A stretch of 64,000 nt of DNA from a virus. Taxonomy: Duplodnaviria; Caudoviricetes. The translations under genes were made by a program, and so were the position numbers. Below the pieces are notes generated by a model. It saw nothing but the letters and a program-made list of their open reading frames with translations, was not told the origin of the DNA and ran no database searches. The stretch is taken from IMG/VR virus record IMGVR_UViG_3300032319_000846, positions 64,001 through 128,000 of that record; one strand, 5' to 3'. Below are positions 1-9,570 of the stretch, one piece after another (position 1 is the first letter of the stretch; every line of letters starts with the position of its first letter).

Positions 1-387
1 TCCTACAGCAGCAGAAGTAGTTACACTAATTCCTTTTCTTTGAATTAAATGTCCACTTTCCATATTAATAGTAGTAGTTAAAGAAAAAGAGTTATTAATA
101 ACTCCCACTTTTCCTGCTGCGGCATTAATAAATGCTTGAAATCCTGCGTTTGTATTATCAAACCAAGAAGAAAGTACATCTTCTAAATCAATTCTTTTAT
201 ACCTTGCACCCGATGCAGTTACAATAACTGTCCCTGTATTATCTGTTGATGTAGTATCTGTATTGTCGTATTCAAAAGCTCCTTCTTTTCCATTATCAGA
301 AAGCCTAACAACAGGATTGTATAAGACATCTATGGTTGTAAATGCTCTTAATTGTGTAAGTGTTCTATTTGATGTATCTATTCTCAT
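1..387 (-). CDS. Tailspike/receptor-binding protein, N-terminal part (runs off the window edge)
   Basis: Own translation from ATG at 387: MRIDTSNRTLTQLRAF...GKEGAFEYDNTDTTSTDNTGTVIVTASGARYKR. The F.YD..DTTS.DN.GTVIV...G.R[YW]KR pattern is typical of the domain preceding beta-helix tailspikes. Frame is open to position 1. Confidence 0.65.
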   Translation of the reverse strand, partial: MRIDTSNRTLTQLRAFTTIDVLYNPVVRLSDNGKEGAFEYDNTDTTSTDNTGTVIVTASGARYKRIDLEDVLSSWFDNTNAGFQAFINAAAGKVGVINNSFSLTTTINMESGHLIQRKGISVTTSAAVG

Positions 388-394
388 TTGTTTA

Positions 395-3202
395 TTAAGC
401 TATGTAATACCAAGTTGTTCCGTTTCCATGAAATTGCATTGATTCTTTAGCAGCTAATACATAAGAAGCTCCTGAAAATCCGTCAATATGACCTGATACA
501 GTAATAGTTCCTGCGCTAACATTTTTAACAGTTAGTTTAATTTCTGTTACAGAAACTGGTAATGTAGCAGTAGTAGCTCCTGTATCAAATACTACAGTAC
601 CATCTGTAGTAGCAGATAAAGTAGTGCTAACACTAACCACTCTTATTTTATTTTGTTGATATGTTTTATTCCAATTAGCAGCAGAAGTTATTCTTGTATC
701 TGCTAATGTTCCACTCCAAGTAATAACATGTGCTGAACCTCCACTAACAATAGTGACATTAGTATCATTAGTGAATGTTTGTGTAGCAGTAGTTAAAGCA
801 TTTAAAGAAGTAATCCCTCCACCTGCTGCTGTAAAGTATTCTAATGCAGTACCTGCTGCATTTACTCTTAATTGTTGTAATGAAGTACCTAAAGCACTTA
901 ATCCTGTTCCACCTCTAGTTGCAGCTAACACGCCAGTCCATCCTAATGTAAGAGAAGTTGCAGATAATAAAGCAGATGTAGGAGTTCCTCCCAAAGTTAA
1001 TGTAACATTAGTATCATCAGTTTTACTTAAAGCAGCCCCTCCTGTAATAGAAGAAGCAGCAGGTGTAATGGTTACATTAGATACAGCAGTGATTAATCCT
1101 TTAGCATTCACTGTAGGTACAGCTACTTGCGTGGCTGAACCAAAAGTTCCCACATTAGAATTTACTGTAGCAAGAGTTAATATGGTACTTCCTGTAGCAT
1201 CTCCTGTATGGGAAGCATTAGATACTTTAGCATTATTAGTTGTTGTATCTGTACGAAGTGTATCTAAATTAGTAGCTGAAGTAACTGTAATAAACCCAAG
1301 TTTTGTAAATTGTGCAGGAGATTGAAGTCCAGCATTTGTTCCATCAGCTAATAAAAGTGTTGCATCTGCTCCTGTATCTGAAGCTACAATTCCATTAATA
1401 GGAGATGCTGCATAGCTAAGATTAGTATTTCCACTTGCTCCTCCTCCTGTTACATCTACTGTTAATACACCACTTGAAGAATTAGCAGTGACAGTAGCTC
1501 CTGTAAAGTTAATAGTGTTAATTCCACCTAATGTTCCTGTATTAACTCCTTCATCTTGAAATTGAAGTTTTACTTGTTTTTCATTATCTAATTCATTTAA
1601 AGCTCCTTGAACATTACCAGACGCAATATTTCCAGCAGAAACATTTACTATATCTGATGCAGTATAAGAAAGTAATGTTTTTACTTGTGCTACTGTTAAA
1701 TCTGTTTCATTTGCCAATACTCCTGTATTATTGCCTTTAATAGTATTGGCAGGTGCTTGAGCAAGTTTAGCATTAGATATAGCGTTATTAGCAATCGCAA
1801 GAGAAATTGTCCCACTTGTTATAATTGGGGAAGAACTAATTGTAAAATCACTTCCAGAAATACCAACACTTGTTACTGAGCCTCCTGTAGCAGATAATAT
1901 TCCAGATGAAAGAGTTAACCCTGTTCCTAATGTAATAGTTTCTACATTTCCTGTTGTTACAGCACTTCTACCTAATAATGTAGCAGTGGGTATTTGTTGA
2001 AATTTAGCAAATGTGACAGCATTTGTAGAAATTGTTGTTGCCCCATCAGCTACACTTGTAACATCTCCTGAATGATTAGGATGAATATAAAGATTTGCTC
2101 CTGTAGCAATACCATCTAGTTTTGTTTTATCACTTGCTGTTAATAATCCTGCAATACTTCCTGTAGCAGCAGGTATCGTAGCATCTTCTCCTGTATCTGA
2201 ATTTATTTTTCCACTTGAAGAAGCGCTACTGTAAGAAAGATTTGTAACTCCCCCACCACTACCTCCAGTTACATCTACTGTGACAACATTCCCAACTCTT
2301 GATGCTGTAACATTTGCACCTGTAAAATTAATTGTATTTACATTTCCTGATGCACCTAAATTACTACCTTCTTCTTGAAATTGAATATTAGTCTGCTTTT
2401 CTCCATCAAGTTCGTTTAATGCTGCTTGTACAGTTGTTGCTGCAATGTTTCCAGAAGGAATATTTGATACATCAGCAGCAGTAAAATTTAATATTGATTT
2501 AACTTGAGAAGCAGTTAAATCAATTGGACTACCACTTGAAATTGCACCTTTAATTGTAGAAGCTCCCATATTAGCAAGCTTTACGTTAGTTACAACACTT
2601 GATTGTATAGTAGTAGAACCATCTGCAACAGAAACAACATCACCACTGTGATTGGGGTGGATGTACAAATTAGCACTTGTTGCTATTCCATCCAATTTAG
2701 TTTTATCAGCTGCAACAAAAAGACCTGCTAATGAAGTGGTTGCAAAAGGAATTGTAGCATCTGTTCCTGTATTTGAAAATACATCTAAAGTAGTTGATGT
2801 ACGATTTCCTATAGATAAATCAGTGTTTATTCCTGTAATACTATTTAACTTGATTTTATCAGCACTTGTAAGTAATCCTGCAATACTTGTAGTGGCAGCA
2901 GGTATTACTGCATCCACACCTGTTGAAGATGTAACTGTTCCTGTATTAGGATTTGATGTATATGCTAAATCTGTAACAGGAAGTGATATTGTATTTCCTT
3001 GAGAAATACTTAGGTTATTTCCGCTAATAGAAAGGTTTTGAGGAATACCTACCCCACCTCCACCTAAAGAAGAAACATCTGTTACTTTTAAACAACCATT
3101 TCCATTAACTCCCACTACTTTTGTAACAGAGCCTTCAGGTAAACAATTAATAATAGAGGTGAGTATTGAGTTTAGTTTTGTTTTTAAAGATATTCCATTC
3201 AT
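395..3202 (-). CDS. Long tail fibre-like protein with internal repeats (935 aa)
   Basis: G/S/T/A/N-rich, with repeated DATIPAAT.S.AGLL...DK.KLDGIA, NLYIHPNHSGDV.SVADG.TTI and VQ.ALNELD.EKQ blocks typical of phage fibre shafts. Lies next to the tailspike gene. Confidence 0.75.
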   Translation of the reverse strand: MNGISLKTKLNSILTSIINCLPEGSVTKVVGVNGNGCLKVTDVSSLGGGGVGIPQNLSISGNNLSISQGNTISLPVTDLAYTSNPNTGTVTSSTGVDAVIPAATTSIAGLLTSADKIKLNSITGINTDLSIGNRTSTTLDVFSNTGTDATIPFATTSLAGLFVAADKTKLDGIATSANLYIHPNHSGDVVSVADGSTTIQSSVVTNVKLANMGASTIKGAISSGSPIDLTASQVKSILNFTAADVSNIPSGNIAATTVQAALNELDGEKQTNIQFQEEGSNLGASGNVNTINFTGANVTASRVGNVVTVDVTGGSGGGVTNLSYSSASSSGKINSDTGEDATIPAATGSIAGLLTASDKTKLDGIATGANLYIHPNHSGDVTSVADGATTISTNAVTFAKFQQIPTATLLGRSAVTTGNVETITLGTGLTLSSGILSATGGSVTSVGISGSDFTISSSPIITSGTISLAIANNAISNAKLAQAPANTIKGNNTGVLANETDLTVAQVKTLLSYTASDIVNVSAGNIASGNVQGALNELDNEKQVKLQFQDEGVNTGTLGGINTINFTGATVTANSSSGVLTVDVTGGGASGNTNLSYAASPINGIVASDTGADATLLLADGTNAGLQSPAQFTKLGFITVTSATNLDTLRTDTTTNNAKVSNASHTGDATGSTILTLATVNSNVGTFGSATQVAVPTVNAKGLITAVSNVTITPAASSITGGAALSKTDDTNVTLTLGGTPTSALLSATSLTLGWTGVLAATRGGTGLSALGTSLQQLRVNAAGTALEYFTAAGGGITSLNALTTATQTFTNDTNVTIVSGGSAHVITWSGTLADTRITSAANWNKTYQQNKIRVVSVSTTLSATTDGTVVFDTGATTATLPVSVTEIKLTVKNVSAGTITVSGHIDGFSGASYVLAAKESMQFHGNGTTWYYIA
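1290..2980 (-). repeat. Internal tandem duplication in the fibre gene (4x TxL...TG.DA.I..A....AGL....K.KL; 2x HPNHSGDV; 2x VQ.ALNELD.EKQ..QFQ.EG)
   Basis: Repeats read directly in the translated ORF; boundaries approximate. Confidence 0.8.
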
Positions 3203-3206
3203 ATTA

Positions 3207-3569
3207 TTAAGAATTAATTACCCAATCAACAGTGGAGGTTTCTGTATTACTTGTAGAATTAATAGTAAAACCCACTCCTGCATTTTTAGTTACACTTAAA
3301 TAACCTCTCGTACCTGCAGGAGTAGTTACTGCTACTAACACTCTATCTGTGGCTGTTAATGTAGGATAAGCCACTGCTTTTGTTCCTGCTACTAATACAG
3401 CACTTCCTGAAGGAGATGTTTCTACAGCACTTGGAACTACTTTAACAAAACAATTACCTTTTACTGCCAATAAATAATCTGGAGAAGTGCTTAAATCTGC
3501 ACATTTTACTGTTTCTACTGCTGTTTGCTCAAAATGAGTTTTTTCATTTACACTTATGTGATATTTCAT
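3207..3569 (-). CDS. Small virion/fibre-associated protein (120 aa)
   Basis: Beta-rich C-terminus (GSAVLVAGT...GVGFTINSTS.TETSTVDW) resembles fibre tip modules; within the fibre operon. Confidence 0.5.
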   Translation of the reverse strand: MKYHISVNEKTHFEQTAVETVKCADLSTSPDYLLAVKGNCFVKVVPSAVETSPSGSAVLVAGTKAVAYPTLTATDRVLVAVTTPAGTRGYLSVTKNAGVGFTINSTSNTETSTVDWVINS

Positions 3570-3591
3570 ACTATTTTTGTTTTATTTTTTC

Positions 3592-4053
3592 TTAAAATAT
3601 TGAAATTATTTTTATTGTTATTGCAGCTATTAAAGTTAAAATACCCATTAACCCAATCAAAACCGCTGTAAATCTTATTATTAGTTGTTTTTTTGTTAAC
3701 ACTATATTAGGAACTTTCATTCCTATTGCTTTTTCTACATGATAAGGGTCAAGATAATGAAGTAAATTTACCAATCTTTGTCCTGTTTTTGTCATGTTTA
3801 AAAGTTGATTATTTATTCCTAACACTTCTGAAATAGTTTGATAAGGACTTCCAAATAAATTCTGATTAGTTTTAATAAGTAAATCGTTAAACAATTCTGC
3901 ACAAAATACATTTCCTCCTATATCAAGAAGAAAAGCAATGTTTAATGATTTATTATTGATTCCAAGCAAATTTTTAATCAATCCATATACAACACCAATT
4001 GGAATCAAAATAACACTAATCATTAATGCTATAACTGCTAGAAATATTCCCAT
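3592..4053 (-). CDS. Membrane protein with hydrophobic N- and C-terminal helices (153 aa)
   Basis: Hydrophobic segments at both ends and a central DIGGNV...FG...QTISEVLG...LDPYHVEKAI motif; function unknown. Confidence 0.55.
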   Translation of the reverse strand: MGIFLAVIALMISVILIPIGVVYGLIKNLLGINNKSLNIAFLLDIGGNVFCAELFNDLLIKTNQNLFGSPYQTISEVLGINNQLLNMTKTGQRLVNLLHYLDPYHVEKAIGMKVPNIVLTKKQLIIRFTAVLIGLMGILTLIAAITIKIISIF

Positions 4054-4505
4054 TATTCTACTAAAGGAATTATTACAGGTGTCATATCAACAATAATCTC
4101 AGCTATTTTATTTTCATCTATTTCCAATACAAATCCTGACAACACTCCTCTAAATTGAAAAATAGATAACATTCCGTTTACTTGTGGTAATGCTTGAGAT
4201 AAATATCCATAATCACTTAAAGCTGGCACAATCATTATAGGAACATATTGATTTTCATTCTCATATATTATTTCTCTCATTGTTTCTGCTCTACCTAATT
4301 GTTCACTAGCTTCAAGAATTTCTCTATAAACAAGTTTATATTGAGAATTAGCAACAACAACATCTCCTAATGTAGGAATTTCTGCTTTTGTTCTTCCAGA
4401 TATATTCTCAATTACTATAAAATTTGGTTGTGGATTGAGTGTTGAGTTTTCATTAGCTTTTAAAGGTATAGCTAAATACCCTGCACTATAAAGTCTTGAA
4501 TCCAT
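4053..4505 (-). CDS. Hypothetical protein (150 aa)
   Basis: Intact ORF whose stop overlaps the next start codon. Confidence 0.6.
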   Translation of the reverse strand: MDSRLYSAGYLAIPLKANENSTLNPQPNFIVIENISGRTKAEIPTLGDVVVANSQYKLVYREILEASEQLGRAETMREIIYENENQYVPIMIVPALSDYGYLSQALPQVNGMLSIFQFRGVLSGFVLEIDENKIAEIIVDMTPVIIPLVE

Positions 4506-4517
4506 TGTTTTATATTT

Positions 4518-4880
4518 TTATATAATAGAAGCTAATAAATAGTAAGTAACACCACCTAAATTAATTGCTACTTTATGTGTTGATACAACAGCTACAGAAG
4601 GAGTTATTGTTTGTCCATCAAGTCTTAAAGCTCCTGTTAATGAGCCTCCTGTAATTGGTAAATATCCTGCTAAAGCAGATGTATTAGCTTTAAGATTTAA
4701 AGCTGTTTGCAAATCAGTTTGATTTGAAAGAGTTCCTGTAATTCCGCCCCATGTTTCTCCTCCAAAAGAATTTCCTGTTATAGGAATATCTCCTGAAATA
4801 ATTTTTGCAATTTTATTTTGTAATGCAAGAATTGCTATACCAAAATCTATTTTAGGTCTTCCTGATGTACCCCAAGCCAT
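4518..4880 (-). CDS. Small fibre-like virion protein (120 aa)
   Basis: WGGITGTLSNQTDLQTALNLKA and YLPITGGSLTGAL motifs are common phage fibre segments. Confidence 0.55.
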   Translation of the reverse strand: MAWGTSGRPKIDFGIAILALQNKIAKIISGDIPITGNSFGGETWGGITGTLSNQTDLQTALNLKANTSALAGYLPITGGSLTGALRLDGQTITPSVAVVSTHKVAINLGGVTYYLLASII

Positions 4881-4937
4881 GTATGTAGAGTTTTATTAAG
4901 GGATTGAAGAATAAAAATGTTCCCTGTTTTGAAAAAT

Positions 4938-4978
4938 CAAAAGTAAGGAAACATTTTAGAATAAATAATATCTAATTA
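4938..4978 (-). promoter_or_regulatory. Candidate promoter TAATTAGA-N25-TACTTTTG upstream of the fibre operon
   Basis: Bacteroidota-type -7 box TAnnTTTG on the minus strand (4945-4938). Same upstream octamer and spacing as at 29932-29972. Confidence 0.45.
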
Positions 4979-4989
4979 AAAATTATAGC

Positions 4990-7900
4990 TTATCTTGAAT
5001 TTTTATTTAACAATTCCATGTATTGCAATTGCTCTTCAGGACTCATCATTTTAATCATTTGCCAATAGGGAGAAAGAAACACTCTATATCCTTTATGTAA
5101 CAACTTACTATCACCTTTTTCATATCCATATCCTGCTCTATCATATACATCGTTAAAAGCAAAATCCAATCCATCTTCTGTTATATCTACACCAATTAAT
5201 TGATGAAAAAATCCTGAAGTTTGGTCAATCATTCTTACAGTGGTAAATGGGTCTTTATATATCCTTGTAGCTGAATCTATTGTATAACCTCCGGGCAAAC
5301 TTCCTTGAGCAAGAGGAGCAAGTACAAAAGGAAGATACATTCCTAAATCACTCTGCATTCTAAAAGCATTGATTTCTAATGTTTGCAACACTTTCTGTTC
5401 TACACTATCATCATCTGCACCATCTGCTAAAGCTGAAAGAACATATGTTAATATCATCCATTGAATTAAAGCTCCCATTTCCCATGTAGCTCTCATCATT
5501 GCTTTTCTTTTTCTTTCATCCAATGTTTCTCCATATAAATAATCATCTACAGATTTTACATTTTTAGAAAGCAATCGAAAAGAAGCAGCATCTAATGCCG
5601 CTAAGTTTATTTTAGCCATTCCCTTTCCAAATGTTAAAAGAGATTTTTTCCATCCACTTTCTACCAATCCCTCTACAAGTGTTTTTTGTTCAGCTAACCC
5701 ACGGAATTCTTTAAAGATTTCTTTAAAGTAGGTTCTTACGTATCCTTCTTCTACATCTTTAAGTTCAAAAGAATGTTGCATTTCTGTAAATCTACTTCTA
5801 TATGAAGGGTAGAGATATTTTTTATACATCATCATCAATCTACCATACCACAATCTTTGTAATTCATTTTTGTCTTCCTTTGCATAAGCTCCATGTAAAT
5901 CTCTATTAATCTTTTGTAATCTAGCCATAAAATCTAATTCTATTTCTTTAAAATTAGAAATTTGAGCTACAATAGCAGGACTGTATCTGAATTCTTCACC
6001 AGCTTTCCATGTAGGGTCAATAGCATCCCACAAAGAGCCTCCTGTGGGAAGTTTAAATCCTCTCATCACCATTTGCATAGTGAGGATTTGATTTAAAAAT
6101 TCTATTGTGTTTTGATTAAAAAACGTTGCGTTGCTAAAGAATTTATTAGCTAAATCATCTTTATGAACAATCCCATGAGCATCCATAACTTCTCCCTGTA
6201 TAGCATTATATCTAATAGCTATTTGAGCAAGTAGTGATTTATCTTTATTTCTGAGCTTTGTTATATCAGAAAAAAATGTAGGAATGCGATTTCTGAACAC
6301 ATCTAAAAAGGATTTATTAAAATCTGATACAGTGTAATAAAGTTCCATTACAGCTTGACTTCTCATTTGTATTGTAGCAATTGAAAAGTTAGGAAGCATT
6401 GTAGAAACATTCCACAACATCACCTGTAAATTTTGAAATCCTGAAATCTTTCTCGAAAGCTTATTAGCTGAAATTTGTGTAATACCTAAATCCCACACTT
6501 TATCAGCTTCAGCTTCCATATAAAATAGTTGATTGACAACATTGTTAAGCTGTTTGTTTAATTTTTCAGCTTTTACAACCTCCTGTTGTCCTTGTTTTCC
6601 AAACAGCATTTTACCCAAATTGTTCTTAGCTCTGGTTTTTCTTCCCAATACAGCACCATTTGTAGAGATTTTAGCTTTTTCATCTCCTTCTACAATTGTT
6701 CTGAGAAGATTAATTTGAGGAAGCATTTCTCTTTGTTTTGAATATGTAGTGGCTTCATTACTATATAATAATGCTACTTCTGCTAAATTTCTATTTCTTT
6801 GTTCCACTGGAACAAAATTATTATAATTAGCTTTTATGGTGTGAATAGTTTTACTAGAAAGGTCATATTGTTTTCTTGAAACATAAATAGGAGTTTTAAC
6901 AGGTTTTCCATTAAAATCTACGTTTATTCCATTTTTCATAAGAGGATAACTATCAGGCTCAGGTTTTAAATCTATGACTTCCTTTACAAACCCTCTTATT
7001 GTTCCTTTAGGATTTTTAACAGCTTTACTCCAAAAACTCTGCTCATCTCTATAAGTAATATATGGTGTTAAAGCTGCTGCATTTCCAAATTTAGTTCTTG
7101 CATCTTTTACCATTATTTTGATAAAATCAAACATTTGTTTCTCCTGTTTTGTAAAGTTAGGAAGAGGTAGTTTATAAGCATCTGTAAATGTTTGAAACAC
7201 TCCTTTATACGTATGAAATTTGGCTACATTTTCTGTTCCTCCTTCAGGAAAATTAGCATAGGAATATTCTTCACCTACAGCATTTCTGTTTGTAATTTTT
7301 TCTACTTTCATCCATTTGTATTTTCCATCAGTAGTTTGTACAAGAATTTCTTTAGATTCAATTGTTGTATCTCCTTCTATTAAAAACTTATGATTTTTTC
7401 CAAACAATCTATCAAACTTATTTTTAATTGTATATCCTAAACTTGATGTAGTTTCTCCATACCATTTAATTTCATTAGAACTAACATTTTTCTTAAAATT
7501 TTTCCTTTCTCTTAAATTTGTAAGTTTTGTTCCTTCTTGTGAAAAATCTATATTTAACAAACCAAGAGATTTTTGTTCTTGTTCTATTTCTAATTGTGAT
7601 TTGAGTTGCCACCTTGCAGAATTAAAATCAATTTGATAAATGGCTTTTACAATGTTTCTTATTCCAGAATAGTTAAAATTAACAATTGCATCATATATTT
7701 CTGGTGTAAGCACTTTCTCTTTATTGATATATGCTGTTACCATCTTTTCTAAATTAGGAATATTAGGAACTAATGTTTTAAGTTCAGCATAAAAATCTTC
7801 TACACTAATTACACTCCCATCATCATTTCTAAGTTTTAATTTTTGCACTACATCATGCACTTGCTTATCTAATAGATGATAGAATGTTCTGCTTTCTGCA

Positions 7901-9570
7901 TTATACCTTGCTTCATCATATTCAGAATAAATAAGTTCATCAGGATTAGCTGCAAAATGTACAGGAGTTCCAAAATAGTTTGTAGTAATGTAGGTCGAAG
8001 AATCTAATTCTGTAACATCATCTATTATTTGTAAAGCATCAAAATTATCTGTTTTAAGAGTTTTAGTTTTATACTGCATCTTATCAAATGATACTTGAGC
8101 TTCTTCTTTTGATTTTTTATCAAATCCTGTAGCTTCTAAAACATCTGCCATATTATTAGCATTTTCTGTTTTAGTCATATAAAGGTCATTAAGATTTCTC
8201 TTTAAAAAAGCTGTAGTAAAAGCTAACAACTGGTCACTGCTATCTACTGCTGCTCCTAACCATCCTGCTAAAAAGCTGCTATCTTGGTCTGCATTTTGTA
8301 ACAGATTTCTAAATTGCTCTTCTGTATATTTGAACTCTTCAGTTTTAAAGCCTTTTAAATATTCAGGATAATAAATAGAAACAGCTACATCCAAGAAAAG
8401 CTCATTAAATTCTAATTGTAAACTTGTTCTTTTTTTAAGAGCTTCTTGTAATTGTGAGAAAATTGGAGGGTATTTTTTCTTTGATTTGGAAAGAGTGTTT
8501 CTTACATCATCAAATAGATTTTTAATATCTAAATCTGTTCTTTCATTAATTGCTTCATATAATTTAGCATCACTATCTAAAAATCCTTCCCATACACCAT
8601 TAGCATTTTTAACAGCAAGATTAGTAAGAATTTCTTCTTTTTGTTCTTCTGTAAGAGCATATTTAGTAAACAAATCTTCTAAACTTATTCCGAGCTTTTC
8701 TCTATCATAATTATCAAGAGCTCTTGGTTGTAAGGAAGCGTATTGAGGAAGCTTTATTAACTCTTGATTAATTGTTTCTAATTCATCAAACATGTGATAA
8801 AAACTTCTTCCTTGTTCTAACAAATTAGCAATGCTTCGTAACTCTATTTTTTTATCTTCTGAATTTGTTGGGAGATTTGCAAGTCTTTCTTTCACTCCTA
8901 AGAATTTCTTATCTTTAGTTCCCATCAATTTTTTAGATAGATGGTCAACTTTATTAACACTTCTCACAACATAAGAAGAAAATCCTAACATTTTTTTATA
9001 AAATTCAGCAGAAGATAATTGTCCTACTATTCTTTTTATATCACTCTTTCTATCCCCAATTTCATAATCATCTGAAAGGTCTTCAAATACATTTAAATAT
9101 GTAGTAAGTTTTTGCTTAATACTATCAAAAATACCAGTGAAAACTTCCTCATGCTCCTCCACTTCATCTTCCATTTCATTTGCAATGGATTGTAGAATGT
9201 TAGTGTTAAACATATTTTCATAAAAAGCTTTGTCAAGCTCCATATCTTCTGTTACACCACTACTATCATTAAGAACATTTATTCTAACTCTGTAAGCTAT
9301 AATATTGGTTTTTCCTTTGCTATCTACTTTTTCAACAGGGTACAAGAAAGCTTCATTAGATGCATCCAGTGAATAGCGTATAAAATCCTCTGCTTCTCTT
9401 TTCATAGAAGGATATACAATAAGTTTTCCTTCATTCCAATAAGAAATTTTGGAATCAATTAAAGCTTTAGCAAGAGTTTGATGTCTTGTTGTTTTAGCTG
9501 CTTTTTCATCTTGATTTAAAGCTGCTTTATCTATGTATTCAAATTTACAATCTTTCATCCTATAAGACAT
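4990..9570 (-). CDS. Giant virion ejection (cargo) protein, 1526 aa; start may be ATG at 9558
   Basis: Follows the virion RNAP gene. Helical, with a C-terminal LHGAY..EDK...QR.W.GRL.M.YKKY block and a hydrophobic helix (ALIQWMILTYVLSAL), as in large crAss-like ejection proteins. Single Cys near the N-terminus. Confidence 0.7.
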   Translation of the reverse strand: MSYRMKDCKFEYIDKAALNQDEKAAKTTRHQTLAKALIDSKISYWNEGKLIVYPSMKREAEDFIRYSLDASNEAFLYPVEKVDSKGKTNIIAYRVRINVLNDSSGVTEDMELDKAFYENMFNTNILQSIANEMEDEVEEHEEVFTGIFDSIKQKLTTYLNVFEDLSDDYEIGDRKSDIKRIVGQLSSAEFYKKMLGFSSYVVRSVNKVDHLSKKLMGTKDKKFLGVKERLANLPTNSEDKKIELRSIANLLEQGRSFYHMFDELETINQELIKLPQYASLQPRALDNYDREKLGISLEDLFTKYALTEEQKEEILTNLAVKNANGVWEGFLDSDAKLYEAINERTDLDIKNLFDDVRNTLSKSKKKYPPIFSQLQEALKKRTSLQLEFNELFLDVAVSIYYPEYLKGFKTEEFKYTEEQFRNLLQNADQDSSFLAGWLGAAVDSSDQLLAFTTAFLKRNLNDLYMTKTENANNMADVLEATGFDKKSKEEAQVSFDKMQYKTKTLKTDNFDALQIIDDVTELDSSTYITTNYFGTPVHFAANPDELIYSEYDEARYNAESRTFYHLLDKQVHDVVQKLKLRNDDGSVISVEDFYAELKTLVPNIPNLEKMVTAYINKEKVLTPEIYDAIVNFNYSGIRNIVKAIYQIDFNSARWQLKSQLEIEQEQKSLGLLNIDFSQEGTKLTNLRERKNFKKNVSSNEIKWYGETTSSLGYTIKNKFDRLFGKNHKFLIEGDTTIESKEILVQTTDGKYKWMKVEKITNRNAVGEEYSYANFPEGGTENVAKFHTYKGVFQTFTDAYKLPLPNFTKQEKQMFDFIKIMVKDARTKFGNAAALTPYITYRDEQSFWSKAVKNPKGTIRGFVKEVIDLKPEPDSYPLMKNGINVDFNGKPVKTPIYVSRKQYDLSSKTIHTIKANYNNFVPVEQRNRNLAEVALLYSNEATTYSKQREMLPQINLLRTIVEGDEKAKISTNGAVLGRKTRAKNNLGKMLFGKQGQQEVVKAEKLNKQLNNVVNQLFYMEAEADKVWDLGITQISANKLSRKISGFQNLQVMLWNVSTMLPNFSIATIQMRSQAVMELYYTVSDFNKSFLDVFRNRIPTFFSDITKLRNKDKSLLAQIAIRYNAIQGEVMDAHGIVHKDDLANKFFSNATFFNQNTIEFLNQILTMQMVMRGFKLPTGGSLWDAIDPTWKAGEEFRYSPAIVAQISNFKEIELDFMARLQKINRDLHGAYAKEDKNELQRLWYGRLMMMYKKYLYPSYRSRFTEMQHSFELKDVEEGYVRTYFKEIFKEFRGLAEQKTLVEGLVESGWKKSLLTFGKGMAKINLAALDAASFRLLSKNVKSVDDYLYGETLDERKRKAMMRATWEMGALIQWMILTYVLSALADGADDDSVEQKVLQTLEINAFRMQSDLGMYLPFVLAPLAQGSLPGGYTIDSATRIYKDPFTTVRMIDQTSGFFHQLIGVDITEDGLDFAFNDVYDRAGYGYEKGDSKLLHKGYRVFLSPYWQMIKMMSPEEQLQYMELLNKNSR

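Noticed and set aside
4915-4957. Imperfect hairpin as a terminator after the ejection operon
   Set aside because: AT-rich stem with bulges, overlapping the candidate -7 box; too weak to call.
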